In this document: positions 1-14,400 of the stretch, piece by piece
Numbering within the stretch: position 1 is the first letter of the stretch
Layout of the letters: each line of letters starts with the position of its first letter
Program-made: the position numbers and the translations under genes
Assembly: GCA_030704615.1 (NCBI GenBank)
Contig: CM060732.1
Span: 20,274,001-20,338,000 of the forward strand
Direction of reading: 5' to 3'
Length of the DNA: 64,000 nucleotides
DNA from: Takakia lepidozioides
Lineage: Eukaryota > Plantae > Bryophyta
The notes under the pieces: model-generated
The model's input: the letters and a program-made list of their open reading frames with translations, nothing else
What the model was told of the DNA's origin: nothing
The model's database searches: none

Positions 1-1733
1 CAACTAAGTTGATTTGTCGAGGGACGTGGTCATACGGTATTCCTTAGTGTACCAAATGCCCGACAAATCAAAGATGAAAGCATCTAAGCATAAATTTGAA
101 GAATAAAAGAATCTATTAGAGAATATTCGTTGAACAAGTGGGATGAAGACATGGGCATTTGGTATTCCAACGCATACACCCTGAACAAATTATCTACAAC
201 CACTAGTGGTTGATTTGTTGTTCTTGGGGAGGCTGTCACACCTATGACTCTAGGATGTTGTTAAATGATTCATCAACAGATTTCTAATACAGGGAAAAGT
301 AAAACATTCTAAGAGTCATGAGACCCGCATGCAGCACCGGGGAGGATACAAACAAGAGTTGATAAACACAAAAGGCCAGCCAACCATAATTACAATCTAG
401 TGTTTGATAGAAGTTTCCAGAGTCATGAAGATTCAAAGCACAGGACCAGACCAAGGCCAGGGTCTCTTATTCTACAACACCTGTTTCAAGCCCTAACGGA
501 TACCATCTGAATTTTTTAATGCAGGTTTTTTGCAGCCTGGAGATGCTCAGAGTACATGCCAGCCATTGTATTAGTGGGCAAACCGTGCTCTTTCCTCTCA
601 GCTTTTGAGTTTGTGCAGCAGCATATGAATCGCAGACTCTAGCACTCTTTCCAATGTTGACCGATTATACCACAGACTAACTACTAGAAGACAAACCCTG
701 TGACAACTTTAGCTTAAGCATAAGTAGACAGGTGACCTGTTGCCAGGTACTTGCACACTAATTTGAATGATGATCCTAAGCAAATAATACCTCAGATACA
801 CAGGGTCATCATCATGCTTATTTACAGCTTCTTTGATCAACACATTAGACCGTGTATCAGGCAGCCCATTGCAAGTAAGCTCTTGGAAACAACAATCATA
901 AAACAGAAGGGTTCCCAGGCAGAGTGTCTCACAACAGATAAAAGAACTACTCCACATGAATGTAGAACAAACTTGACCTGGCCAAGGCCTTGCAAAACCA
1001 ATGACCAAGTAGTGAAAGCCACGTCCCAAAGTAAAAACTCACAGAATGAGCACAGAAATGGCGATGTCCTGAAAGATGTTGATGAAAGATGTTCAGCTAT
1101 TATAAGCACACGGAACGCATTCCGGGAAGGGTAGATCAGATATCATCGATTACATTTATCAGGTCCGAAAGGCTTGTTAGATGTCACATGACTCTTGCGC
1201 TACTCTGAAGGCTGACCACAACCTTAGCAACAGCACACCTTCCAGTATCTGTGACCTGTGGGCAGCAGCATGCTCTTTAAAGTAGCCGGGATAGGGCCAC
1301 TTCCAAGGAAATTGCAAATACAAGGACAGAAGAAAAGACGCACAAAAACAGTATAGACATCCACTAAGGACAGATTGGCCAAATACTTCAAAATCAAAAT
1401 CGACATAACCGAAATTATTGCGCTTCTGTTATCTACCCAAAATGTAGCCATGGAGGAGATGACGACCACAACGCATGTGTCCATCCTCCACAGCTATCTA
1501 AGCATTCCAGAACGTCATTAAAGAAGAATACATTACTGCGAAAATGAGCAGGCAGCCCAACAAAGCTCACCAACACAGAAGCGCCATCTGCGGAACCATG
1601 TTAAGGCTTCGCAACGCTCATACGAAGCCACCGGCTGCTCGCAGAAATTGATGTATCGCGGCTGCAGAGATAGCACTCCAAAATCGCTCGCCCACCAAAC
1701 AATTCCGGGACAAGCAGAACACTGCAAGCCACA

Positions 1734-2139
1734 CTACTTGGATCTTTGCCTCATCTTCCTGCGCTTGCGCTTCAGCCGCCTCATACGCTTTTTCTTCCAC
1801 TGTATTCCGTCCACACCCAGTTCACAACAACCGGGCAGACTCAAAACTACTACTCACTGGCTGCTCATTAAATCTTGCAGATGATTAAAAACTATTTCCC
1901 TGCTATTAGTGTCTTTCTTGTGGTCTACGTTACTCGGACATGCATCTGCAACAAACAAGCCGAAGATCCTCGACAAAAAGCGCAGGAGGCACAGTAAACC
2001 CCTGCTCCAAATTGTCAACCAATTTGGACCAGCAAGTGCACAAGACCCGGTACAAAGAGGCTAGATTCTACGTAAAAAAGACATGGGTGAGGAGCAAACA
2101 GCAAGGAAAAGACGGCGGGCTGCAAACCTTGGCCCTCAT
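1734..2139 (-). CDS. RPL41: 60S ribosomal protein L41 (eL41/eS32), copy A; 2 exons (2139-2128, 1799-1734)
   Basis: Exon 1 ATG AGG GCC AAG|GT plus exon 2 CAG|TGG AAG AAA AAG CGT ATG AGG CGG CTG AAG CGC AAG CGC AGG AAG ATG AGG CAA AGA TCC AAG TAG gives [25 protein letters not shown], the canonical 25-aa plant L41. Too short for the ORF track. Confidence 0.97.
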
Positions 2140-2472
2140 GGTGATGGAGTCGGAAGTGTGGAGCTCAGCAGCGTCGATGCTTTCACAGCTCTGCCGCGGT
2201 GCGAGAGAGAATAGAAAAGGTGCGTGGTGGCTCTAGGTTAATAAACCCTAGATGGATGGACATGCTACCTGGCTCAAGCGAATGGATGGATGCAATTTGG
2301 ATGATTTACAGGATATTCATGATCCTGGCACCGGGTGAAGCCGGTGTGCGATGACCGGGAACCAGCAAAATGATAGTGATGAGTGTTCTAGGGTTTTGGC
2401 CATGACAACCGATCGGAACCTGCTCTAGAAAATCCAAGCTTTCTCTCGGGGTCACGCTGGATCCACCGGGAC
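2140..2472. promoter_or_regulatory. Compact bidirectional promoter/5' UTR region between RPL41-A and golgin-84, with two telo-boxes
   Basis: Start codons at 2139 (-) and 2473 (+) are 333 bp apart. AAACCCTA at 2243-2250 and TAGGGTTT at 2389-2396. Telo-boxes are established elements of plant ribosomal-protein promoters. Confidence 0.7.
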
Positions 2473-5400
2473 ATGGCATCATGGCTGCGCGCTGCAGAGG
2501 GTGAGTGATTCCGCAGCATTCCCTTTGCTTTGGTGGTTTGATTGGGCATTTGATCCACCGGTTAGACAGGTCGAAACGTTTGATAAGCGAGTTTGCGGAT
2601 GTGCAACATTGTTCGGAGATTTTTTTACCAGTGGTGAGGGTGAGAATATTGTAGTTGGAACTTTTGCTTCACCGATCTCACTTGGTTCAAGGCTACATTG
2701 TGACATATTGACAGAATTCGATCGCATTTATCTGTTTTTCGAGTAATTTCATGTCTCTTGAGACTTGTCGAAGAGAATTGCGTCAGTATACTAACGCAGG
2801 CTACACATGAGTATGATTGACGTGGTGCCACACATTTTGGGCACAGTTGAGATCGGGAGATCTCTGGTAATTGCCAGGCGTGAGGTGTTGTAAGACTTTC
2901 ACAGTTTTTTGGATAGACGTTCACACATTTGTGTCAATTACCAGTTTCAACAGACGACATGCATGTTAGATGTCTGCTGAGGAAGCCCTTCTGTGAAGTA
3001 GTCTATACCTAAAGAACTATTAAAACTCGCCAATCATTATCTTTGAAATGTGAATCATTATCTAATAGTTGTAATAGTTCTTTAGTTCTAGACTACTTCA
3101 CATAAGGGCTTCCTCAGCAGACATCTAACATTCCATACACAAACGTACAGTGCATTCAAATGTGAGGCGATAAAACAAAGGAAACAAGATATCATTCATA
3201 TCAGCATGTTTAGGAAAACAGAAGCTAAAGAGAGGTGAACTAGTGAGAGACGAATAATTCAAGAGAATATATACATCGGTTGGGCTCCTCGTGGTGCTAG
3301 TTGAGAGCATCAATTGCTGAGAATGCTACACCCTCGATCTTTGTAGCAGAGCCACTGCATTGGCAGCAATATGTGAACTCGTCAGGTCTTGATGAAGTAA
3401 GCAAGAGCGTCTATGAAAACCTCATACCTGAGGCTACCATGTCAGGCTCATTGGAAGTCACAGGGGTGGAGTAAAGTCCTTTGGACAGGTGCTATTCCAG
3501 CTGGCTGAATGTTTGAAACAGTTTCAGAATGTAAAATCTGCTTTCCTAACCTCCTCAGTCGTCTTCTGTTAGGTACTGAGAAGGTAAAATTCGTTCTGCT
3601 TCTCATTATATATCTGGAAGCTTAGGGATTGCATAATTACTAATTACTAAGTGTGGTTAAGTGAATTTCATTTGAGGAATGCACCTTAATTGAGTGCTGA
3701 TGAAACTCACTTCCATTAAAAAAATGGAGATACTGCAAACCATCAAGTGTCTCTCATCAGGAATGTCATTGGGAACTCTCAATCTTCTTTGATCTGCAGG
3801 GTTGGTTTTGCAAATCGAGGGGGCACGAAAGAAGTCAAACTTTAAACCAGACCATGGTTATTTGCAAGTGCTCGGTTGATAAATACACGAGCAGCCAGTG
3901 CAGGCACAGCCGTTATAAACCAAAGAGCACCTGAAAACAAGTTGAATTTTGAAAATTGCATGTCATGGGAAGATTTTCTTAGGTGGATTTTTGTCTCTTT
4001 AATAACTCAAACTGATTTAGGGAAGTACACCCTTGGGGCATACAGAGCTGTTTGAGGTGGTAGACCGTAAGGTTGGCCAAGCCGTTGTTCGGGGTCCATC
4101 TGCAGCTGATGACTCATTGGGGCCACTACAGACTGCAGGTACGAATTCTCAATTTTTGCATCGAAGTTGCTTGCAAATCAAAGACAGTCCTATTGGGAAA
4201 TGTCTATGGGTCACTCTTGTGAGACTTCCTTGTTGTATATTCTATCCTATGTTGCTGGGCCTATCACGCCACAGCTGGAAAACCGCATATAACCTGAACA
4301 GCTTAAGTAATGTGTAAACTAGGTCACTACTAAGACGTCACCAGCCTTGTGCGAGCAGAAGATGACCTTATCCTCAGAGAGGTATCCCCAATACACATAA
4401 TTATCATGGAAGAACAAGATGAAGTGCTGTCTGTTTCTCTTGTCTCTTTTTGGCACGGAGTGTATAGTCAGGTACTTCAAGGAAAATAGTTGGATAGAGT
4501 CTGTTACAGAATAGCCTGGAAGGATCATGGCCTGGAACAGGGGCATTGAATTCATTGGACTGGAGAGCCTGGAGGCATGACAGAACTCCAGTTGTTGGCC
4601 CTGAGTATCGAAGTAAGGAACAGAAATTGCAAACAATAGTGAAGAAAACTTAACGCATGCATATATAATGTGTAATAAAATTGTGCTCAATTGAAAATAC
4701 AGATATGATTTGTACCACTAGTTAGTCCGGACATACTATATATTGCTTGAGGAGCTAATTTTCCTGGTAAGAGTTGCATGCTCTTCTAGGATGCTACACT
4801 TATGGTTAAGAACTTGGCTAGTAACTTTTGTCAGTGTATCTGTCCTGCTTGAGAAGCTTCAGAGCCTGGCGCGTTCAACAGACTCTCATCTGCAGTCTCC
4901 AGGGAAAAGGTGGGGTCTCTTTCTATTCACTGCAGCAATGCATGTGCCTCAAGCAATAGGGTGCTTTTTTATTTTTCTGGTATCACATGGAGCCCTTCAT
5001 AGCATGGCAGGTATATCCGAGGCCAGCTGATAGTTACTGCCACCCCTTGTGGCAAGCAACATTTATGGCATGACTTACGGCAACTTGACTTACACACAAA
5101 TGAACACAGAAACGCAACAATTCCTGTAGAGCGCACAAATCCTACCCATGTTGGGAAGCGACTACTGCATTTGTCTTTTGACACTAGGTGGCACCTAGGT
5201 TTGACAAAGCACCTGGAGTATGCAGGAGGAGTTGGGTAGCTTTTCCCCTTGTTGTTGTCTGACGCACTCAAGAGTGGGGATTCAAAATCTCCTTGGTCTC
5301 TTTCACGGAAGATTGCTGACTAATTGATCCTAGTATTCTGTTGTAGTTGGCCTATATCAACACCCTGCAATGGCTTTAATTGTCATCAAAGGTGGGTGTA

Positions 5401-8400
5401 ACTGTCCAGTGGTAATACTAAGATAATACCCCTAGCCAACAGCCCATCTCTGCAAGTTGAGGGGATTGCTTATGATAGCATGTCCAAACCCCATCAGTAA
5501 GATATTGGAACTGACCTCTGAGGGCCACTTTGAAAGGGCACTCCAGGGCTGGCCCCACATTGACAGTAAGAAAGCATTGGTTTTGCAGGGTTCTGTGCAC
5601 AAGTTACCACAATCTCTGGGACCCACCTCCTTTTCCGCTTCCAAGGCCATCCCTGTTCAACTCAATGGGAAAGGCACAGATTTCTCACACAAGACTGTAC
5701 AGTCACACAATCTGCTCAGCAGTCCTGAACGAGCAGAACACGTAAGTTTCATTGCAGAGGAGAAAGCTGCTGTCAACAATGGCTCTGTTGATCTGGCACC
5801 ATCGCCAGGGGAGATTGCTTCAGAAGAGGTGGGCGGGCCTACAGGTTGTGAGGAAGGAGAGGCCCAGAGATGGCAAGTATCTCTTCCACGCAAGAAGAGT
5901 GCACAGAATGTATTGGTTCCGAATGGGGATGCTTCTCACAAGGGAGAAAGTTCTCCTGCTCTTCCAGGGGTTGATGGAGCTCTTTTGTTGAGGAGCAGCA
6001 ACCTAGGTCGGACTGAGAGCAGTGGCAGCTTGGATGGTGCAAATGCCACTAGACTTGATTCTTTGGAAACAGTTGAAAACAACAATTCCTGGGTCTTGGA
6101 ACAGAGTGGCCAACCTTCCCCCTCACTGTCTAATGAGGAAGTAGAACCAGTCCAATGTGAGTTTCGGGCAGAGAATGGGAGTGTGGTTGTGGAATTGTTC
6201 ACAGCCAGAAAGCCTCATGCCGAAGAGCCTGTGGCTTTAGTGCAGGCAGTTGGGAATACAAAGGTCCTTGATGATATGCCAGCTGTTGGAAATGCCAAAT
6301 TGCTAGAACAACCGTTGCCACCGCCTCCACCTGATGAACCAAAGTCTGCAGAGATGCCAAAAGTTGAGGATCAACTTGATGAGGTAATCATGGCAGAAGA
6401 GAGTTGGACTTCAGTTATATTGTGTCGTTTTTTAATGAAAAGGTCATGAAGTATTTGTTCTGATCAGCACCTATGTACCTGCTTTATTTGACACTATTTG
6501 GCAATGCAAATTAAGAAGTGGGTGCAGCTGTTGTTGCAGTGTACAACTGAGCTGTTTCATCCCTCATGTGCAGGCACGTGGCTTGCTGACGGTGGCTGTT
6601 TCTTCAGGCCCATCGAAGGAGGCCAGATTAGCAAGAGTATGTCTATAGACTCTATAACCATCATGAAAAGCATAATGTTAGCAGTAGGGAATCCAATCAG
6701 CTACATTGGTCTCTTGTCCTTTGGACAATAGCATCGTTAGGAGTTGGAATTAGTTGTGATTTAGTTTGCAGTTCTAGTACAGGCCAATGATCAATGTCCT
6801 TCTTATAATTACAAATCCCAATTGCTGGGCGAGTTGAGTCTGAGATATGATTGCAGGTAAAAACACTGATCATGACACTGGAATACGGACTTTTCTGTTA
6901 CCTCAACTGTCTGAATGTTTGTGTCAAACTATCCTGGTATTGAAGTAATCTAATCTAAGCCTCAAACCAGTAGTTATAAAGGCAAGTCTCAATACATAAG
7001 GTCTGCACGTTATACTACTGACTGTTGCATAAACCTGCATGTTCTTGTTTGTCTTCTGACCATGATTATATAATCTTTGGCTGGATGCAGGTGTGTGCTG
7101 GGCTATCCTCACGGCTGCAGGAGTACAAGGCTGAGAACGCACAACTAGAGGAGCTGCTGCATCTTGAGGTGACTTTCCATGCTGTGGTTGTTTGTGATAA
7201 AACATATTCATATGTATGTCTTAGGAAGCTCATTTAATGATATTATATTCTCCTCGCTCTCTCTCTCCTTGGACCCTATGGGGCTCCTGCAGATATCTTT
7301 CCTTTTCTCGCTTTTTCGCTCTAGAGGGACCTATCATGGTGGTATTGGCCCACCACACTTGTTATCCAGCCCTTCTTGGCTCCATTCAACAGGCAACTAG
7401 GCTGTCTCATATAATGAATGATATCTTGGTTTCTCCTGATGAAATGACTGGAATGTCTGATGGAGAGATCAGAGGGAAGAGAAGAGCTCCTTCGATACCA
7501 GGGTGCGACATGTGCAGCAAGAGTTGGCTGCAGTCAAGGCAGCAGCTGCAGCAGAGGAGACAGAAATGTTGGCCGCATTGGCCTCAAAGAACGCTGAAAT
7601 TGAAGCGCTTTCCAGCTCCCTTGATGCTCTCAGGAGGCAAGCCTCCATGGCTGAAGGAAAGCTTGCAGCCTTGCAGGTACCCCCTGCGTTCTATGCAGTT
7701 CTCTCTGTTATCCTGGCAGATTCTCAACAGTGCATTATTCTTTGGGTGTGTTCTGACCCCGTTCATTCATTTCTGCTACGTTGAGACCTCTTGAAATCAA
7801 GGATGTTTGCAATTTAATATAACTTGAAGGCTCTAAGTAATGTTGGTGGTTTGTTGTGGTCACTAAAATCTCTACTTTGTATTATGATGTGACTAATCAG
7901 ATGGCTGGTGCTGTAACAGGCAAATACGGAGGCCATGAGCAAGAATAGAGACATGTCAGAAACCAGGATGATACAGGTATTCTTTAGCCTGTGGTGCTCC
8001 AAACATGGACTCTCTTGAGGTGTGTGTGTCCATCTTAGATATGTTTGTTGTATTGGAATCTGCAAGCTACATGAGAGCTACATGACAGTATGTCTGTGAT
8101 AGGCATTGCGAGAAGAGCTGGCATCGGCAGAACGAAGGGTGGAGGAGGAGCGCATCGCTCACAGTGCTACCCGCCATGTAACTCCTTCCACTTGTTACAC
8201 CACTTTTAACACAACATCTTGTTGTAGCACCTGTTAGCTGCACAGTTATATGATATCTAAGAGGTTTCGAGGTTGTAAGCCTGCAGATGGTGAAGAGTAT
8301 GACCGCTCTACTTCCCTGGTGGTTCATGATCAATTCCAAAATATCAAGTGCGCTTTGCCAGATGTGTGTCAGGCAGCCAGAATAAAATTTGTATTTGTGG

Positions 8401-11400
8401 TTGTGAATCCTTGCAGGGGGCCGTAGAGAGAGAAACAGAACTGGAGCAACGCATGGCAGAAAGCACTTCTGCCCTGATGCGCATGCTGGTATTTACTGTT
8501 AGGTCCTTATTGGGGGATGTGTTTGCTTATCATGATTGTTTTTTCTGTTTTTGAGTCTTTTGAATATTGTCTGCTGTCCTACCCTCTTTCCTGCAAAAAG
8601 AATTTTTTCTGCTTTGAGATATGTTAGCACGTTAACTTCTTTTTCTGCTTGGCGACCTTAGTGAGGTGCTGAGATTAGAGGTAAGGTAAAAGAGACCTAA
8701 TAGCTTTCCCTTACCTACTTAGGCTCACCTATGAGCATGCTAATTGTGCGGAGGTCCTAGCAAATGAAGGGATCTGGCTGTCAATCTTTTTTCTGCGCAG
8801 TGTTTCCTGTTGGATACAGCATACTTGTTTGTCATGCTACCTACGCCATGAAATTCTTAGCCTATTTATCAAAATGCAGTGGATTTATGCTTGGCATGTT
8901 AATCCATCAGTAGTTAGTCCTTGTACAGTCTCTAGTCTCTACCTATATAGCATTTTCCCCAACTAAAGAACATGCAGAATTAGATAAGACTTCATGTCCT
9001 TACACATGCATGTCCTTCATCCCATTTGCATGAAGAAATTCCCTAGTTGTATCTGGTGGTGCCCTGGTTCTCGTAGACCTTTCTCAAATTACTTCGGTAC
9101 CAGGTGAGCAACAGATTTCAGTTTGACCACAATGTATGTTTCTGGTGGCCAGAGATTAATAGGCACAGTATCAAAAATATTAATATGATCACCATTTTTC
9201 ACTTTGCAGAGAACAGTGGATGAGCGCACCCAGAAAGCGGCAGATTTGGAGCACAAACTCTCCATGCTTGAGGTAAGACCTCACAGTGCAGTCAGGACAC
9301 TTGGGTTGTCTAACTAGTGTAGAAGTTCTTCTGTGCGCTCAGGAACTACTATACAGAACCTGCTGGAACCATGGGCATGTTAGGCTAAAGACCGAACGCA
9401 ATGTTGCATTTTCTGGCATGTTGACAAACGTCGTTGCCACAGTAAACCTTCACACACATTATCCATTCTCAACGCGCTTGTGCATGCGAGAGAGAAAGAG
9501 AGAATGTACTCATAAGACGTTGTTTGCCATATTGACCTTGGTATAAACAATTGGTTCGGACTTTCCAGATTTCCTCTTCACACAAGGATCAATCTCCTCT
9601 GTGTGAGCTGCCCAGCAATTAGACCCCAACAGGGCCAGGGCTTTAGGCTTTAGGCTTTAGGCTTTGCTTTGAGATTTTGGAAGTCGGTGAACGAAGGTGC
9701 AGGGACTTTGTTCGTGATGGTCCTGAAGAGGGTTGCTCTCTGATGAGCCCCAGACATTGTATCAGAAAATGGACATTGTCTTCAGGCCGCCCGAACATTG
9801 GGCATTGACAACCTCTCTGCATCTTCTTATCGTTCAAAGGTAGACTCCCCACCAAGAAAGTACTCATAAGACATAGTCTTGTGGCCACGGACCCCATGCC
9901 CAGTTTGGGGTGAATAAAAGGGAACAGACAATACCTTTGTGAGGGGCTCACTCCGGTAGTGTGAGTTCCCATGATGAAGACAATTAGTTCGGGTTTTCCC
10001 TCTAGAAAGCCCTTGCGAAAGCATCAACTTGCTGTGTGTGAGCTGCCCGGCAACTAGACCCCAACAGGGCCAGGGGCTTAGGGTCAGCCTCAAGATTTTC
10101 AAAGTTGGTGAGTAGAGGTGCTGGGACAATGGTCTGGATGTTCCTGAAGAGGGCCACACTCTGGACTCCCTGCCAAGAGAGAGAGAGAGGAAAACAAGTG
10201 AAGATAGAAACTTCATAACAGACCCCGAAGGCCCATCGGACAATGTAGAACAGCAACAGACCCATCAGCAGACTCGAAACATTGCCCAAAGATGAAGTGC
10301 CTCCCACAGAGTAAGCTGCCAAGCATCTCCTGTCCTCACAGCTGAAGGCCTGATCAGAAGATGTGGGATCTCTAAAGAGACATTAGTATCTGCCCTTGAT
10401 CTCCTTGTATGTGGGACAGGAGAAAAAGAAATGGTACTTCATTGCTACATCCTGTGTGGTGCAATCAGAACTTCAGGGTTTGTCATTCATCCTGTGTCAA
10501 TGTGTGAACGGACTCAGAAGGTGCTGAAGGCCTGGCATGACGGATGTGGAGACTGTCACAGATAGGGAGGAAGGCACGATTATATTGATGACAAAATCTT
10601 ACTGTAGAATGAGCGTCCAGGTTGCCATATCATTTTGCTGCATCCTCCTGTTCCAATTCGTTCTGTGGTGGACTCAAAAGTGCAAGGATTCTGTATATAA
10701 GTTGTGTTGATTCAGAAATCTGGGCACCTGGATCCATGTTCTGCTGATCATTGTGATGTGGGAAAATCCCAGACTGGCTGCCAGTGGGATGGTAAGGGCA
10801 AGAGACAAAAAAGAATGCCTCATGTCCAAGTAGGAGGGTTTCAGCCGCAGCCCACAGTACTTGAAATGACTCATTCTCTTCGTTCTGATCATCTGGGGCA
10901 GATCAGTGACCTGTCCTCAGATTACCGTCTTAGTGGAGCTAAGCCCAGGCCTGCAGAAGCATATTGGGGATGACCACCAATCCCAATAGCCATTTGCAGG
11001 GTCCTCAGAGAAACATTTATCCGCGGATTTTCCTACAATGTTTGAATCGCTGAAGTAAGTTTTGATGGGACTCCTAGTCTTGGGCATTTGCAGGAGGGAA
11101 GCCTGAGAGGTAGAGAAAATGAACGAACTTCATTTGCATGTGGGGGAATTTTGGGCCTAAGGGAATAGAAAGCTGAAACAGAACCAAATAAGTACTTCAA
11201 AGAATGCACTCATAGGATGTTAGTTGCCGTAGCCTATAAGGAGTACTTAAGAAGAGAGAACAGTGACAGAGATTGCTAAGAGAGAAGAGCTGGTTATTTG
11301 TAGGTGGAGTGTGCCACATTGAACCAGGAGCTGCAGGAAATGGAGGCACGCCAGCGACGTGAGCTTAAGCGTCCTAATGAAGAAGCCGCCCAAACTGCTC

Positions 11401-14400
11401 AGGTAGGTGACTTGCAGATCTGATTCTTTGGAGATTCAAGTATTTGTTCCTGGTAGAAATGTGGATTGTTGCAATCTTGTTCGCTTCAGTTCAAGCAGAA
11501 TTTCAACACCCAGTAAGAACGAAAGAATCTTTCCGGACCTGTGTACAGGCCTGGCGAGAGGAAGCAGAACGCGCCAGGCAATCTCAACGTGAGGCTGAGG
11601 GAAAGCTTTCTGCCATGGAGGCAAGTAACTCTGAAGGAAGTTATTCGTGTGATATTTCCAGTTTATGATAGGTGTACCTAAATTGCACATTATCTGAGGC
11701 ATACCCTGGCTAGAGCTTAATATTTTCCATCTTTTAGGAGGGGTGGTCCTCAAGTGGGATGCTAGCTGAAGGCTTGGATCCTAACAGAGTACTGATTGGG
11801 CTAGAGGCTATTAAAAGGGCACAGCATTGAACATTGCAATAACTGCACATGGCACAATTAAGAAACATAATGCCAGCATGGAAGAATTTTGGACCATAGA
11901 TTCACCATGCCAAGAGAGGGGTCCAACTGATCTGCAGGCTTACTTCTGAGATTTTACCCATTTTGTATACCCCCTTTCCCGAACTCAAATGAAGGCACAC
12001 ACTTTCAGAGTGGCAAGGGATTGCTCTACCCTCCCTTGTATAGGGGATTAGGATGCCCCTCACCAAACTCCTCATTTATGAGTGTCACTCTATATAAAAG
12101 AGAGATGGACAGTCACACTTGTGTGGATGGTTTGTCAGTAATCTTCGTGGAAGGCAGATGGAGGGATCTTCACAGAGATTTAAATTAAGCAACAGTGCTA
12201 CTTCAGAATGATCTGCTGATTGGCCTTGGGACTGGCAGGCAGAAATGCAGAAGCTGAGGGTTGAATTGGCAAGCTTGAAGCGCAATGCCGACCGAAGTTC
12301 CCTACAGGTGCTCAAGTTTACTGACTGTTAGATGGGTTTGTAGTGACTATTAGCAGCTATTTTTGTGGATCTGAACATATTTGCATTCATGTGCAACCAA
12401 CTCAAGTATAGCTTTCATGGTATACCATTGAATTGATAGGAGGCTGAGGAAGATTTATTTCTGGGCTTGTGTTGCAGGCACAGTCAGAGCTGGAGAAGCG
12501 GTTTCGAGAACTGACAGAACTTTTGGTATGAGACTTTGGACCTTCACCTTCCAGAGGTAAATTTTATCATGCAAGGATTCCGAAGGTCTAATCCTTCCTT
12601 TATGCATCTGAACAAACGATGGTAACATTGTTTTGTGAGTCTGCATCAGTATTTCAAGCAGACGCAGCTGGAAGCAGTGTCCAGTGAGAAAGCCGCAGCT
12701 GTCTTGCAGCTAGAAGAGGCTTGGCGACTGCAAGCCAAGGTACTGATTCAACTCTACTTTTGTAGGCTAATGAGGCAACAAGTCTTAGTAACATATCTTT
12801 CTTTGTGACGTGGCCATGAGATAGGTGCTTCTAGAAGATATCCTTATGTTGGAAGTATACATACACCTTGCACTAGTAACATCTTTCAGGACTAGGAGTT
12901 TTCGTAAATTTTGGAAGAATGTCCAACTAAGGCTTGTCTTGACCAAAATTCGATGAAAGAGATAGTCATACGAAGCTGGAGCCTGCAATTTTAGTGATAT
13001 AATTGAAAAAGATATCCTTCTCTTTTGTCATGGCCCCTATACAAAATCTACATGGTTCCTTTGACAACCACTTGTAGGCTACATGATAACTGCACCATGT
13101 CAACAGTAAGCCACTTTCAGTTCTCAATACTTGTTGGTTGCTCCTTCAGAGAACTGTTAAGGCCAGATTGTTGGCAGGACCAAAATTGTTTAACTGTGAC
13201 CCATATAGCCCCGATTGCTGTTCTTTACCACTGTACTAAGCGACTCTGGCTAATTCTACACCGTTTTTTCTTCAATGTAATGACAGAAAATGTCAGGTCA
13301 CAACCCACGCAATGTATAACATGTTTAACATCTGTATAACTTCTATCCTAAGTGAACGTTGTTTCATGATTCATGTGCTTTATCAAGCAATATGTATCTG
13401 TAATGCAAGTCTAATTCAAATTTCTGCCGCAAAGAGCAGGCAGAGGCTGAGAGGCATCGGAGCTTGCGGAACGCTGCTGCTGGAGATGATGACGAATTGA
13501 AATCGTTCGAGTGCGTCATAGCTTCTTTCCCAGTTGTTTGATGAGTCTGTGGTTCACTGTAGTTCTTTCTACATTGTCACTGTTGGTCTTTCGCTCTTCA
13601 CTTCCATCCTAGCAGTTTTCTGTGGAATGTGTACAAAGATGACATTTGAAAGTTCCACGTCTCATTGAGGATGTCACGCCATCACTGATCTTATCAAGCC
13701 CTTCACTACTGCTTTCTTTTGTCCTTTGTATGTTCTCTCTTTCTCCATCATGTCAAAGCTGGCCTACCTGCGCAGGTCTTTTGGGCTCCAACAGCGAAGA
13801 CTTGGACCCAGCTTTCAGGTCATGACTATGCTAATCTCAGCTCCTTTCAGTCGTCCAAGTAGTCTATGGGCAGGTTATGCACTTTTGTGGAAGTAGGCAG
13901 TATAATAAATCTAGCGATTGCACGCAAGGCTGATGGTACGATTAAACCACCGAATTCAGGCGGGGATTTGCAGTGAAATGAATTTCCACTTTCGTGAGGC
14001 TAAAAGGCCATATTTCTGTTACAAGGGCTTTCTTTTTTCCTGGAGCAAGCATTTGGAAGTGTTTAGAAGGTAGTGCTGTCGGGTGCACTTGAGAGACAAT
14101 GGCCTCTTTTCTTGTTTGGGGGTGCACAGACTGTTGCCAAGTTTTTGGACTCAACGGTTGTGACAGCGGGAAGATTCTTGTGGCGTCGGCCATTGGCACG
14201 ACTTATTGCTCTCTTCTACCTGGTAACTTCGCTACTCATTGGTGTATAAAAACCTTCGAGCCTCCTGCTATGGCCACCTATAGGACATCAAAGGACTCTT
14301 TTCACAGCCATATGAACAGTGAGGGGGGTTGTTTGCTGTGAGGGTCAGGGAGGAATCCACACACGCTACCCAGAAAAGTGTCACTTTTATGACATGGCAA

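Noticed and set aside
1-1500. Possible snoRNA cluster or small exons downstream of RPL41-A
   Set aside because: Only isolated C/D-like boxes and splice-like sites; no convincing box pair with terminal stem or rRNA guide, and no coherent protein.
1618-1884. ORF-track proteins MEEKAYEAAEAQ.. and ..YLDLCLIFLRLRF.. (repeated near 16800-17300)
   Set aside because: Alternative-frame and antisense shadows of RPL41 exon 2.
3388-3434. TGATGA...CTGA C/D-box-like pair in golgin intron 1
   Set aside because: Too short for a snoRNA and lacks a terminal stem.
3690-3762. CTGATGA motifs suggesting a hammerhead ribozyme (also at 49741)
   Set aside because: No stem II between CUGAUGA and GAAA, and the flanking stems do not form.
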